NCBI GenBank assembly: GCA_048882505.1
Contig: JBHLRO010000020.1
Span: 30,001-62,000 of the forward strand
Source of the DNA: Candidatus Thorarchaeota archaeon
GTDB lineage: Archaea; Asgardarchaeota; Heimdallarchaeia; Hodarchaeales; Hodarchaeaceae
Length of the DNA: 32,000 bases
Direction of reading: 5' to 3'
The translations under genes and the position numbers were made by a program. Each line of letters starts with the position of its first letter. The stretch's first letter is position 1. Shown one piece after another: positions 17,741 through 26,767 of the stretch. A model generated the notes under the pieces. That model was not told the origin of the DNA and did no database searches. It was given only the letters and a program-made list of their open reading frames with translations.

Positions 17741-19420
17741 ATGGTAAAAAAAGCGTTCATCTTGACATTAGGGCTGATTTTTTGTTTTTTCTTGGTAACT
17801 GACGCTTCTGGGGACGAGCTTGAAGTTGATTCCCAGATATGGACTTGGACAACAACCAGCGTTATTTCAGATACGAGTGACTGGAGTTCTCAATGGGCAG
17901 ATATTAAGGCTGATCTTCAAGGAAATCTCCATGTGGTTTGGAATGATGCTGATGCACCGTTTCCTACCGTTACCCAGGATGTGGTATATCAAAGATGGGA
18001 TGTGAACACAGGATCTTGGGGTGAAATCGAGTTGATTTCGCCATTAGAAAATTCTAGTTCCATAACCCCACGCTTGGATATAGATTCTGATGGCAATGTC
18101 CATGTGGTCTGGAGTGAATCGTTTACCTTCTTCAAAGATCAATATGATAGGGACACATGCTATTCTATTAGAAATGCATCTACAGGTGCCTGGACGGGGG
18201 TAAGAATGGTTTCGGGAGAAAGTACGGACACATCCTCACCTCCCGTAATTGATGTAAACGATAATGGAATTGTAGGCATCGCGTGGGCAGACCCGACTGA
18301 TTATGATGGAGCCGGATCAGATTATGATATCTTTATGAAGTATTACAATGTGACTGCAAACCGATGGAGCAGCTTAGAGGTGGTTTCGGAATCCGCCTAT
18401 AAATCTACATCGCCTGATATCTCGGTAAATCCCGATGGTGATATTCAAATTGTGTGGATGGAAGAGAATGTGGGTACATCCTCCGATATAGCCTATAGAT
18501 ACTTTGATAGTGAAAGTCAATCTTGGAGTGCGCAGATCGATCTAACCACTGAAGTAACCGCTAGTGAGGCGGAGTTTCCCTCCATCATCACGGAATCCCA
18601 ATATACTCATGTGGTGTGGAACGACGGATACGATGATCTCTTGAATTCTGGGGCCGATCGCGATTTGTATTACAAACGGTTGGACAAATCCTTGGGCACC
18701 TGGACTGATCTGGTACTCCTGACTTCCGAATGCAGTGGCCATTCAGATGATCCGCAGCTGGCCTTAGATGCCTTCGGAAACCTTTACGTGGTATGGGATG
18801 ACAGTACCAATATTGGGGGGACAACGGGGAATGACGTCGATATCCTGCTGAAATTTTGGAACAAATCGACCGATAGTTGGAATCCCATCAATGTAGTATC
18901 AACGGAAAGTGGCAGGAATAGTGATCAAGCGAAGGTTTGTGTAGATCTCTTCAATTTTGTCCATGTGGTCTGGACGGACCTCAGTGATTTTGGGGGAGCC
19001 GACCTCGATGAAGATATTTTTTACAAAAAGTTTACAGGTTTACCTTATCCACCAGTCTTGTCTTCGATCAGTCCAAATCCTGACACTGATGGCACCGTAA
19101 AATTACAATGGAGTCCCTCATTTGGGGGCCACGAATATTCCATCTATCGCGATTCAGAGGAGATAAGCTCAGTATCGGGGACAACACCCCTCCACACGAC
19201 CGTTGAAACTAGTTATACTGACGCGATTAATACGAGCGGTCTTTATTATTATACGATTACAGCCAATAATCCAGTTGGGGAGAGTCCATTATCTAATGTT
19301 GAATCAGTGATCATAGATCTGCCTACAACGTCAGGACCCACTGGCGTGAGTTTTACAATAGTTTTCATGAGTCTTGTTGGAATTGCAGCTGTATTCGAAA
19401 CCAAACGGAAGCATCCCTAA
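17741..19420 (+). CDS. Cell-surface 7-bladed beta-propeller (BNR/sialidase-like) plus fibronectin type III protein with C-terminal TM anchor
   Basis: Signal peptide; seven repeats of S-x2-P-x-I-x2-D-x2-G-x2-HVVW...D+...W; FnIII (QW...YSIYR...SYTD...YYYTITANN..GES); tail TTSGPTGVSFTIVFMSLVGIAAVFETKRKHP. Confidence 0.9.
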   Translation: MVKKAFILTLGLIFCFFLVTDASGDELEVDSQIWTWTTTSVISDTSDWSSQWADIKADLQGNLHVVWNDADAPFPTVTQDVVYQRWDVNTGSWGEIELISPLENSSSITPRLDIDSDGNVHVVWSESFTFFKDQYDRDTCYSIRNASTGAWTGVRMVSGESTDTSSPPVIDVNDNGIVGIAWADPTDYDGAGSDYDIFMKYYNVTANRWSSLEVVSESAYKSTSPDISVNPDGDIQIVWMEENVGTSSDIAYRYFDSESQSWSAQIDLTTEVTASEAEFPSIITESQYTHVVWNDGYDDLLNSGADRDLYYKRLDKSLGTWTDLVLLTSECSGHSDDPQLALDAFGNLYVVWDDSTNIGGTTGNDVDILLKFWNKSTDSWNPINVVSTESGRNSDQAKVCVDLFNFVHVVWTDLSDFGGADLDEDIFYKKFTGLPYPPVLSSISPNPDTDGTVKLQWSPSFGGHEYSIYRDSEEISSVSGTTPLHTTVETSYTDAINTSGLYYYTITANNPVGESPLSNVESVIIDLPTTSGPTGVSFTIVFMSLVGIAAVFETKRKHP

Positions 19421-19474
19421 GAGATGCTTTTGTAAATAACGCTACTATTACTGGGGATTATCGAGGCTTCGGAC

Positions 19475-19870
19475 ATGAAACTTGAACCCATGATTTATAC
19501 CACTAATATCGAAAATTCTATACTGTTTTACCGGAACGTTTTGGGGTTTGAAATCGATGAATTCTATCCAGATAGGCAAAAACCGTCCTGGGTAGCCATT
19601 CGCATTGGAAATGATCGATTGGGTATTGGGAAGACCTTTACTGATATTAATCACAAGTTCCATCCAAGAGGAGTGGATGGTTCTGGAGTCCAATTTTATA
19701 TTCGGGTCACAAATGTGGATCAGATCTATGAAAAACTACAAAACAAAGTAGAAATAATTGATGACATTGAGAACAAACCATGGGGAGACCGAGAATTTAC
19801 ATTCAAAGATCCGAACGGATATTTGATTTCCTTCTATTCAAAACAAAAACAGGAATCTAGGGATTTATGA
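19475..19870 (+). CDS. VOC/glyoxalase (bleomycin-resistance-like) family protein
   Basis: NIENSILFYRNVLGF, QFYIRVTNVDQIY and KPWGDREFTFKDPNGYLISF motifs. Confidence 0.92.
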   Translation: MKLEPMIYTTNIENSILFYRNVLGFEIDEFYPDRQKPSWVAIRIGNDRLGIGKTFTDINHKFHPRGVDGSGVQFYIRVTNVDQIYEKLQNKVEIIDDIENKPWGDREFTFKDPNGYLISFYSKQKQESRDL

Positions 19871-19944
19871 TTGAGAAGTAATAGAATTCCAATCACCTAA
19901 CGACTCGAACACATTTAGGATGTAATCGAAAAATCTAGCTCAGA

Positions 19945-20448
19945 ATGGTGACAGAATCTATGAACAAGAGGCAAGTCAGCCGGTTCCTGACTAATAATCA
20001 TGAAAAATTGAGAAAAACGATAAGTAGATTAGAAAGGCATCAAACTACTGAAGATATTATTTTAGGCAAATGGACACCAAAAGATATCATCGCGCATATT
20101 TCCGCCTGGAATTTTGAACTTAAAAAAGCCATTGATGACCTGCTAAATGATGAAAAACCTTGGTTCATCAATGAAGAGGAGCTTACCGAATCAGTATTCA
20201 ATGAAAGGGCAATTAAGCAAAGAAAAAACTGGCAGTTAGATCAAGTCCTAGAAGATTGGCAGATTTCATTTGACCAATTAATTCAACGGATACAAGAACT
20301 TGCAGATTCTGAATGGAACTATCAAACTCCGTTTGAATGGACCAAAGATATGCCAGTCACTGTAGACTCGTTGTTTGAGTATAAATATCGAGGGGAGGGA
20401 CACGAAGGGGGTCATGCGAAGCAGATTGAGGAGTTTTATCAGCGCTAG
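19945..20448 (+). CDS. DinB/ClbS-DfsB-like four-helix bundle protein
   Basis: GKWTPKDIIAHISAW motif and C-terminal HEGGHAKQI, providing the His triad typical of the DinB superfamily. Confidence 0.85.
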   Translation: MVTESMNKRQVSRFLTNNHEKLRKTISRLERHQTTEDIILGKWTPKDIIAHISAWNFELKKAIDDLLNDEKPWFINEEELTESVFNERAIKQRKNWQLDQVLEDWQISFDQLIQRIQELADSEWNYQTPFEWTKDMPVTVDSLFEYKYRGEGHEGGHAKQIEEFYQR

Positions 20449-20834
20449 ACGGTGAATCTTGGCAATATTAACATATCCTCACCCATATACCTATCAAACC
20501 TAGAATTAATTAAGTGGCGTGGCCAATCACAAGGATTAAGAAAATGGACGCAAGTAGGTGTAACTCGCATTCCTATCCCCTCGCTATTTATCAGCGTCAA
20601 TGATTGTTACATTACGATAAAACTGGCACATGAAGAGAGAACTGAACATGATGAGCTGGCAGAAATTCACGGTTTGGTAACTCTTGGTATCTTGATAAGA
20701 GTCCGTTTAGATGACGCCAAGAATCCTTCGATTTTAGATCCTACGGCTAACGGTTCATCGAGAAGAGTACGTGGAGAAGAAGCAGAATTACTGTCAGTTG
20801 TAAATAGTCAACAAGATGATTTTATAAACTCAGG

Positions 20835-21467
20835 ATGAATACTACGATTATGCACAAGCCATCAATTACTGCAGTTAACAAGGAACTGTCGCCCGAACAA
20901 CGTGAAGAATTGCTTACTGTATTGAAAGCCCGTTTTGAAGACAACATGAACCGCCATGAAGATCTTGAATGGGCTAAAATACACGCCAAATTGGAAACTA
21001 ATACTGAAAAGCTGTGGTCACTCAATGAAATGGAAAGAACGGGCGGTGAACCAGATGTTGTTGGTCATGATAAAAAGACAGGTGAATACGTTTTTTATGA
21101 TTGTTCAGCGGAAAGTCCAAACGGGCGCAGATACGTTTGTTACGATCGTGAAGGCCAGGAGGCGAGAAAAAAACGGAAAAACGCGAAAGGCGGGAAAGGC
21201 GGAAAAACTGGGGGGCCAGAAGGTAACGCGATTGATATGGCCGCTGCTATGGGCATTGAGCTTTTAACGGAAGAACAATATCGAGAGCTGCAGAAACTTG
21301 GAAATTTTGATACAAAGACGTCGAGCTGGGTGAAAACACCTTCTGATATCAGAAAACTTGGCGGCGCCATCTTTGCTGATCGCCGTTACGATCATGTCTT
21401 CGTGTATCATAACAGTGCGCCCTCTTTCTATGGCGCTAGGGGATTCCGTGGCTCTCTAAGGGTCTAA
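20835..21467 (+). CDS. DUF4256 family protein
   Basis: Recognised family sequence: LKARFEDNMNRH...LWSLNEMERTGGEPDVV...DCSAESP...TSSWVKTPSDIRKLGGAIFADRRY...ARGFRGSLRV. Confidence 0.9.
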   Translation: MNTTIMHKPSITAVNKELSPEQREELLTVLKARFEDNMNRHEDLEWAKIHAKLETNTEKLWSLNEMERTGGEPDVVGHDKKTGEYVFYDCSAESPNGRRYVCYDREGQEARKKRKNAKGGKGGKTGGPEGNAIDMAAAMGIELLTEEQYRELQKLGNFDTKTSSWVKTPSDIRKLGGAIFADRRYDHVFVYHNSAPSFYGARGFRGSLRV

Positions 21468-21631
21468 ATTTTTTGAAGGTCGTCAATTATCTTTCGCGAC
21501 ATTGAAGGTTGAAAAAGAAAATAACAATGTCCCAAGAAAAGGATTCGCGGGATTTTCCATGTTCATGTGTGATTATTCGTCTTTCGAATCTATTCGTGTC
21601 TATCTGGAAAAAAGAACCTTAGGCGTCAAAG

Positions 21632-22585
21632 CTACGGTACACCAAGCAAACCTACTGCATTTTTGTAGTAAATTTTTTCTAACGCCAATTTAGACAAATT
21701 TAATCCCTTTATTTGCGTCCACTCTGGGTTATCTTTGTCCTTAAACGGCAGTGGCGCCTGATGAGATGTTTCCCAAAATACCCGTTGCGCCCAATACCGA
21801 CTCCCCCAATAATACTGGCGGCGGTGTCGACTAAGAAGGAATTTCAGATTGAATTCGAAGGTTCCAAGATCAGAGCCAAATAACACACGATTATGGTATT
21901 TTTCAACCCATTCTTTAGACCTGATGACATCTTTTCCGAGTTCACGTATTATCCACCGAGTAGAGGCAGTATCTACAAACAATCGGGGGTGATGATCCAA
22001 GAGCTCACCTAATCTAGTAAGATTTTCAGGGGAACATCCTAAATGGGCAGAAATCACTGTAAGCTTAGGAAAATTGCCAAGTAGCGCAGAAAAATCTGAA
22101 AATCGATCTTCTTTCGATCCATATTTCTGTGTTTTTCCGTATCTTGTCATGTACGAAATGTCAGGATCTGCCACATGCACTAAAACAGTCATATCATAAT
22201 CTGCGATTTGTGAATAAACCAAATCTAGTCGAGGATCGTTGATTCGAAATGGATCTTTATTCCTGGAAAATTTTTGAAAGAGGGGGCCAAAAAAGACCTT
22301 CAAAACGCGAATACCTCTGGTGTGAGCCTGATCAATCTGGGTTAGTAGTTTATGGATCTGAAATTTTAAAAAATCATATGGACTGAGAGTTGCACAAAAA
22401 ACAATATTCTCAGCCATACCTTTCGATTCTAATTTGCCTTTTAGCTCTCCATCGCCTATTCCTAATATTTGTTCAATCCCAAATCTTTGAATATATTCCA
22501 AGAATTCCAAAAGATATCTGTGACCCCATAAATGGACATGCGAATCAAAAATTTTGTACGTAGGCTTATCTTCAAGATGGATCAA
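21632..22585 (-). CDS. Amidohydrolase family protein (Amidohydro_2-like TIM barrel)
   Basis: HxH motif DSHVHLW, VLVHVADP, SAHLG, VDTAS and RVLFGSD. TTG start. Confidence 0.9.
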   Translation of the reverse strand: MIHLEDKPTYKIFDSHVHLWGHRYLLEFLEYIQRFGIEQILGIGDGELKGKLESKGMAENIVFCATLSPYDFLKFQIHKLLTQIDQAHTRGIRVLKVFFGPLFQKFSRNKDPFRINDPRLDLVYSQIADYDMTVLVHVADPDISYMTRYGKTQKYGSKEDRFSDFSALLGNFPKLTVISAHLGCSPENLTRLGELLDHHPRLFVDTASTRWIIRELGKDVIRSKEWVEKYHNRVLFGSDLGTFEFNLKFLLSRHRRQYYWGSRYWAQRVFWETSHQAPLPFKDKDNPEWTQIKGLNLSKLALEKIYYKNAVGLLGVP

Positions 22586-22706
22586 TGGATTAGTAACAGA
22601 GAAGATCTGCTCTACCGTCCTTCATATGTTTGAATCAATGAAATCATATTGCGAGATTTGTCTCCAAACAACTCTTAATAGATCCTTCGGGATACAAATA
22701 TCATTG

Positions 22707-22922
22707 TATCCTGATAGAATTCTGAACGCGAATAAGGGAAAAATGAGGCAAATGACTCAAACCCGAGGTAATATAGTACAAGCTTTTCTCAAAATGAACC
22801 CAGAAGATACAGGAATGGCCACGGTTCATATCTTTCGTTTCGAAGGTGGCAAGATCATAGAACAATGGGGTACCCACCAAAGTCTTCCTGAGAATGTGGT
22901 TCATGAATACAGGGAGTTTTAA
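22707..22922 (+). pseudogene. Truncated SnoaL-like/NTF2 (ester cyclase-like) gene remnant
   Basis: The C-terminal part PDRIL...KMNPEDTGMATVHIFRFEGGKIIEQWGTHQSLPE fits the SnoaL-like VHIFRF..GKI.E.W...Q motif. The 5' part does not resemble the family. Confidence 0.55.
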
Positions 22923-23067
22923 TGTCTAAAGTCTTAGTTAATCGATCACTGGATTTCAGCTGGAGGTTTCCAACTTAGACTCCAAATCTAATTATCCGCA
23001 ATCTTATGTCCAAAATCAACTTTGATTGTATACTACAGGATTTTCCTCCTCGGGAAAAAGCAAGACA

Positions 23068-23550
23068 TTATGATAATAGCGTTTTCAACTGTCCATGAGG
23101 GCGTGGTTCATGCCAATAACTGAATATCCATTCTATTACTGCGGTTACACCGGGTTGATATTTATAATCATTCAAGTTTATATCTGTAACAAACTGGATT
23201 CGCTCATCAGCATCCATGAATAATACATGGGGAGGTGGCGGCGCTTGATAAGGCGGACTCGGCTCCGTTTGAGGTTTAACTCTAATTTCGTCAAGGTTTA
23301 TGATTCTTAGATTAAATATGTCGGGAGAAGGAAAGATCGGTACTTCGACTGTAAATCTGTTTGTATTTTCTAACCAACCGATTAGGGTCAGATAAGATTT
23401 CCTTCGTTCAATTTGGTTATGAACTGTGAAATTGAGGCCGTCTGGGGTGGGGGGGATTGAATGGTTACCCTCATTATCCCACCAAAATTCCCGGTTCATT
23501 TTCCAAATATTCCCATACTTGGTGTCTTTTCCAAAAATTTTAACAGTCAT
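23068..23550 (-). CDS. Hypothetical soluble protein with Pro-rich loop
   Basis: 160-aa ORF filling the gap between genes (alternative start 23574). Contains PQTEPSPPYQAPPPPH. No family recognised. Confidence 0.6.
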   Translation of the reverse strand: MTVKIFGKDTKYGNIWKMNREFWWDNEGNHSIPPTPDGLNFTVHNQIERRKSYLTLIGWLENTNRFTVEVPIFPSPDIFNLRIINLDEIRVKPQTEPSPPYQAPPPPHVLFMDADERIQFVTDINLNDYKYQPGVTAVIEWIFSYWHEPRPHGQLKTLLS

Positions 23551-23640
23551 GAAAATGTATCCTTTTAAGGTCATAAGAAGAAACAGAAGGGGGAAGAGGA
23601 AAAACAGTGATTTTTCGTGAATTCCATAATGACGGGCCCC

Positions 23641-24357
23641 TTAGGGAGTCTTCTTTTCGGTTCTTGACTCGATAAGCCCAAAGATGATTACAACGAAGAT
23701 CGAGAGTCCTAAATATAGAATGGCTGAGAACTCGGTGGAATCGTTAAATACAAACAAAGCGCTCTGAAAATTAAATAGAAAATGAAAGGGGATCAACAAT
23801 AGATTCATGCTAGATACATATCTAACGACAGCAAAACTTAATCCTGTGAAGATCATTATTACGACGACGATGACTCCTGACCTAATATGAAAGATTCCAA
23901 ATATCACACTTGACCCGATTAAAGCGACATATTTTGACCAAGATTCAAGGATATGATATACAACTCCCCGGAAGTATAATTCTTCGGTGATGGCAACCAG
24001 AATATAAAAGACGAAATAGTATGTCATAGTAAAAGAAATCTCATTTATAACTTGTACCCCTTCTACAAGGTATTTAACAAGAAATACAACGATTAAGAGG
24101 GAAAAAACTGACAATACATGCAAGGAAAACCGTGATTTCTTGTAAGCTAGTCCCAGATCTTCTTGGTTTAAATTCAAATACCAAATTAAAATCAATGTGG
24201 CGATAAGCTGACCTGTGGTTAGAAAAAAACCGGTATATAGACTCTCAATACTTAATGCCGTGACTGTGACCAAAGCTATTATCATACATAAGACAGCGAG
24301 CGACAAAGTCAGGATCAGCTGATAATTTTGGGTCTTTAGATTTACCAGATATATCAA
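23641..24357 (-). CDS. CPBP family intramembrane glutamic endopeptidase (Abi/CAAX protease-like)
   Basis: EELYFRG, FGIFH and HFLFN motifs with multiple TM helices. Confidence 0.9.
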   Translation of the reverse strand: MIYLVNLKTQNYQLILTLSLAVLCMIIALVTVTALSIESLYTGFFLTTGQLIATLILIWYLNLNQEDLGLAYKKSRFSLHVLSVFSLLIVVFLVKYLVEGVQVINEISFTMTYYFVFYILVAITEELYFRGVVYHILESWSKYVALIGSSVIFGIFHIRSGVIVVVIMIFTGLSFAVVRYVSSMNLLLIPFHFLFNFQSALFVFNDSTEFSAILYLGLSIFVVIIFGLIESRTEKKTP

Positions 24358-24665
24358 TTCCTTAATTGGTGGACTTATAAGCCAGATGTCAGAAGTTTAT
24401 AAACTATTCCGAGGTTTTATTTGAAATCGCAAGATCCATGGCTTTCATAGCTGCCGTTTTGTGATGAGGTTTACCATTGGAATGTTAAGCTGGAATTTTT
24501 GAAAATGGCAATTTTAGCTGATCAAACGCTATTGGTATTCTAAAGCCACAAAAAGACTCTTTTCATTATTCACAAGATTCAGCGGGAAAAAGAGGGAAAA
24601 ATCATCGAAATCCTATAAATCCAAATCCTGAAGTTACTGCTTCTATTACCCGCATCAACAACTAT

Positions 24666-24701
24666 AAATATTCCATACAGAATATTTTATACGGAATATT
24701 T
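24666..24701. promoter_or_regulatory. Putative PadR operator (imperfect 36-bp palindrome)
   Basis: AAATATTCCATACAGAA-TA-TTTTATACGGAATATTT: outer 9 bp perfect, 14 of 17 arm positions complementary. It ends 24 bp before the PadR start codon. Confidence 0.6.
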
Positions 24702-24724
24702 CATTCAGAATAAGTGACCGAAAC

Positions 24725-25399
24725 ATGTCAAAAATAAATCACAGAGAAAAGGACTTGGATTATGCAATCTTAGGATTACTGAACCATGAAAATATGACTG
24801 GATATAACTTAAAGAAGTTTTTAGGCATTCAATTAGGACTTTTTTGGGATGAACCGAGTTATGGAAAAGTCTATCGTGTACTCGGGCGATTAGAAAGCCA
24901 AGGACTGATTAAAGGAAGGCCAGTAGAAAGTGAAAAGAAAAAAAGAACGATTGTAACAATCTATGAGATTACAGAGCATGGACGGCGTAAATTGTCTGAC
25001 TGGATACAAATCCCAATAGAGGAAGAGATTTCCCTTGATCATTACACAATCAGCGGGCCCAATGGAAGTAATATTAGTTTTGAGAGTGGAAACTTGTTAA
25101 AATATTTGTCTTATTTCTTATTAAAGTTCTATTTCGGTGCAAGTTCAACGTGGAATACAAATCTACGGCAACTTGCCAATTTTGAGGAAAAAATTGTGGC
25201 CAGGATAAAACAGGTCCTCGAAGTCGTTGTTCACCAGCTAGAACAATTATCAACCGATTCTCAGGGAAAAAACGAACACCTATACTATCTCTTGACAGCG
25301 GAATTTGGTTTACAAATGTGTAAGGCCTTTTCTGAATGGAAAATGTCTGCCCAACAGCATCTAGTAGATATACAAAAACGAGGTACTCAAAATGAATGA
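24725..25399 (+). CDS. PadR family transcriptional regulator with C-terminal helical (AphA-like) domain
   Basis: YAILGLLNHENMTGYNLKK...FWDEPSYGKVYRVLGRLESQGLI...YEITEHGRRKLSDW, then LLKFYF and YYLLTAEFGL. Confidence 0.92.
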   Translation: MSKINHREKDLDYAILGLLNHENMTGYNLKKFLGIQLGLFWDEPSYGKVYRVLGRLESQGLIKGRPVESEKKKRTIVTIYEITEHGRRKLSDWIQIPIEEEISLDHYTISGPNGSNISFESGNLLKYLSYFLLKFYFGASSTWNTNLRQLANFEEKIVARIKQVLEVVVHQLEQLSTDSQGKNEHLYYLLTAEFGLQMCKAFSEWKMSAQQHLVDIQKRGTQNE

Positions 25400-25781
25400 A
25401 AACCAGGCTTTTTTCAGTTTTTTGGATAATGAAAAATTCATCAGCTTGACCACGTACTATAAAAGCGGTCGAGGTGTTGCTACTCCTGTGGAGTTCGTAA
25501 TACGAGATAGTAAATTGTTGGTAAATACTAGAAAGGACTCATATAAAGTTAAACGAATCAGAAATGAGAATAAGGCGGAAATCGCACCCTGTACCATGAG
25601 AGGGAAGGAAAAAGACCCGAAAAAATCAGTCTATGTGAGGATTTTACCCGAAGGAGAAGATGAGGATGCAAAGATAGCCTTCGAAGAGAAATACTCAGGC
25701 TTCTTTTACAAATTGGTTAGCAAGCTCACCTTTTGGAGACAACAAGAAGAACGTGTTTACCTAGAGATTGTTCCAAGGTAG
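25392..25781 (+). CDS. PPOX-class F420-dependent oxidoreductase (Rv2061-like)
   Basis: FISLTTYYKSGRGVATPV and KVKRIRNE...APCTMRGK motifs. Overlaps the PadR stop by 8 bp, suggesting translational coupling. Confidence 0.88.
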   Translation: MNENQAFFSFLDNEKFISLTTYYKSGRGVATPVEFVIRDSKLLVNTRKDSYKVKRIRNENKAEIAPCTMRGKEKDPKKSVYVRILPEGEDEDAKIAFEEKYSGFFYKLVSKLTFWRQQEERVYLEIVPR

Positions 25782-25799
25782 TAAGGAAATCTGATCTCA

Positions 25800-26645
25800 G
25801 TGACCATGGATAAACCTGATTTTATAAATAAGTATGATATTGTCTTATTTTTCTTACTGGCCTATTCCATAACGTGGATAATCCTCGGACCGTTAGCCCT
25901 CAAGGGATTAGGCATAATATCCTTCGAGGTTCCGTTCTGGTTACATGATTTAGGCCCACTCGGCCCGACATTAGCAGCTATGGTGGTTTTAATATTGGTT
26001 TCTGATGAAAATGCATTGAACGATCTTTTTGATCGGATTACAATGTGGCCAGGTGAGAAGGTATGGTGGTTGGTCGCATTTTCCCCAATTTTCATTTTTA
26101 TTGGGTCTTTTCTGTTAATGTTGATGATAGGATATCAAATGCCACCTGTTAATCACATACTGGACTCAGAACTTATAAAGGGCAACAATTACGTAATAAC
26201 AATCATTTTTCCAGCTCTGATGTTTGGAATCTTTGAAGAAATCGGCTGGAGAGGCTATGCCCTCCCGAGGTTACAAGAGAAATTTAACGCCTTGACTTCC
26301 ACACTAATCTTGGGAGTATTATGGGCAGGATGGCACATTCCTGCATTCTTTTATCGCTATTCCTTCTCAGATCCTTTTAAAATCTTTGGATTCTGGTTCG
26401 GTATTCTAATGGGAGCCGTGTTGTTAACGTTTCTTTATAACGGATCGAGAGGTAGTGTCCTGCTGCCTATGGTTTGGCATGTTTTATTTGACATTTTCAA
26501 TATCCTGGGTCAATATTTCTTCGAGGAAGTCAACTATGTCCAAAGCTTTGTTGTAATATCTTTTGCTGTCATAATCATATTCGTGTGGAAAGCGGAGGCT
26601 CTTTCTCCGAGAGGAAAGCATTCATTAGCTATTTCGCATGGATAA
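25800..26645 (+). CDS. CPBP family intramembrane glutamic endopeptidase
   Basis: EEIGWRGYALPRL, WAGWHIP and HVLFD motifs with about 8 TM helices. Confidence 0.92.
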   Translation: MTMDKPDFINKYDIVLFFLLAYSITWIILGPLALKGLGIISFEVPFWLHDLGPLGPTLAAMVVLILVSDENALNDLFDRITMWPGEKVWWLVAFSPIFIFIGSFLLMLMIGYQMPPVNHILDSELIKGNNYVITIIFPALMFGIFEEIGWRGYALPRLQEKFNALTSTLILGVLWAGWHIPAFFYRYSFSDPFKIFGFWFGILMGAVLLTFLYNGSRGSVLLPMVWHVLFDIFNILGQYFFEEVNYVQSFVVISFAVIIIFVWKAEALSPRGKHSLAISHG

Positions 26646-26767
26646 GTCTCACAAAATGGCCTTCACGCAAGATTGGCATTTGACCTAAATTTTGAAAATC
26701 ACGGAACTTTTTCTGAAACAGTCAAAGTAGACTTTAATACAGTAGTTCGTCATTTCTTCATGCAAAT

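Noticed and set aside
20452-20838. 128-aa tracked ORF between DinB and DUF4256
   Set aside because: No recognisable motifs or RBS and it overlaps the next start. It could be a decayed gene but I cannot support a call.
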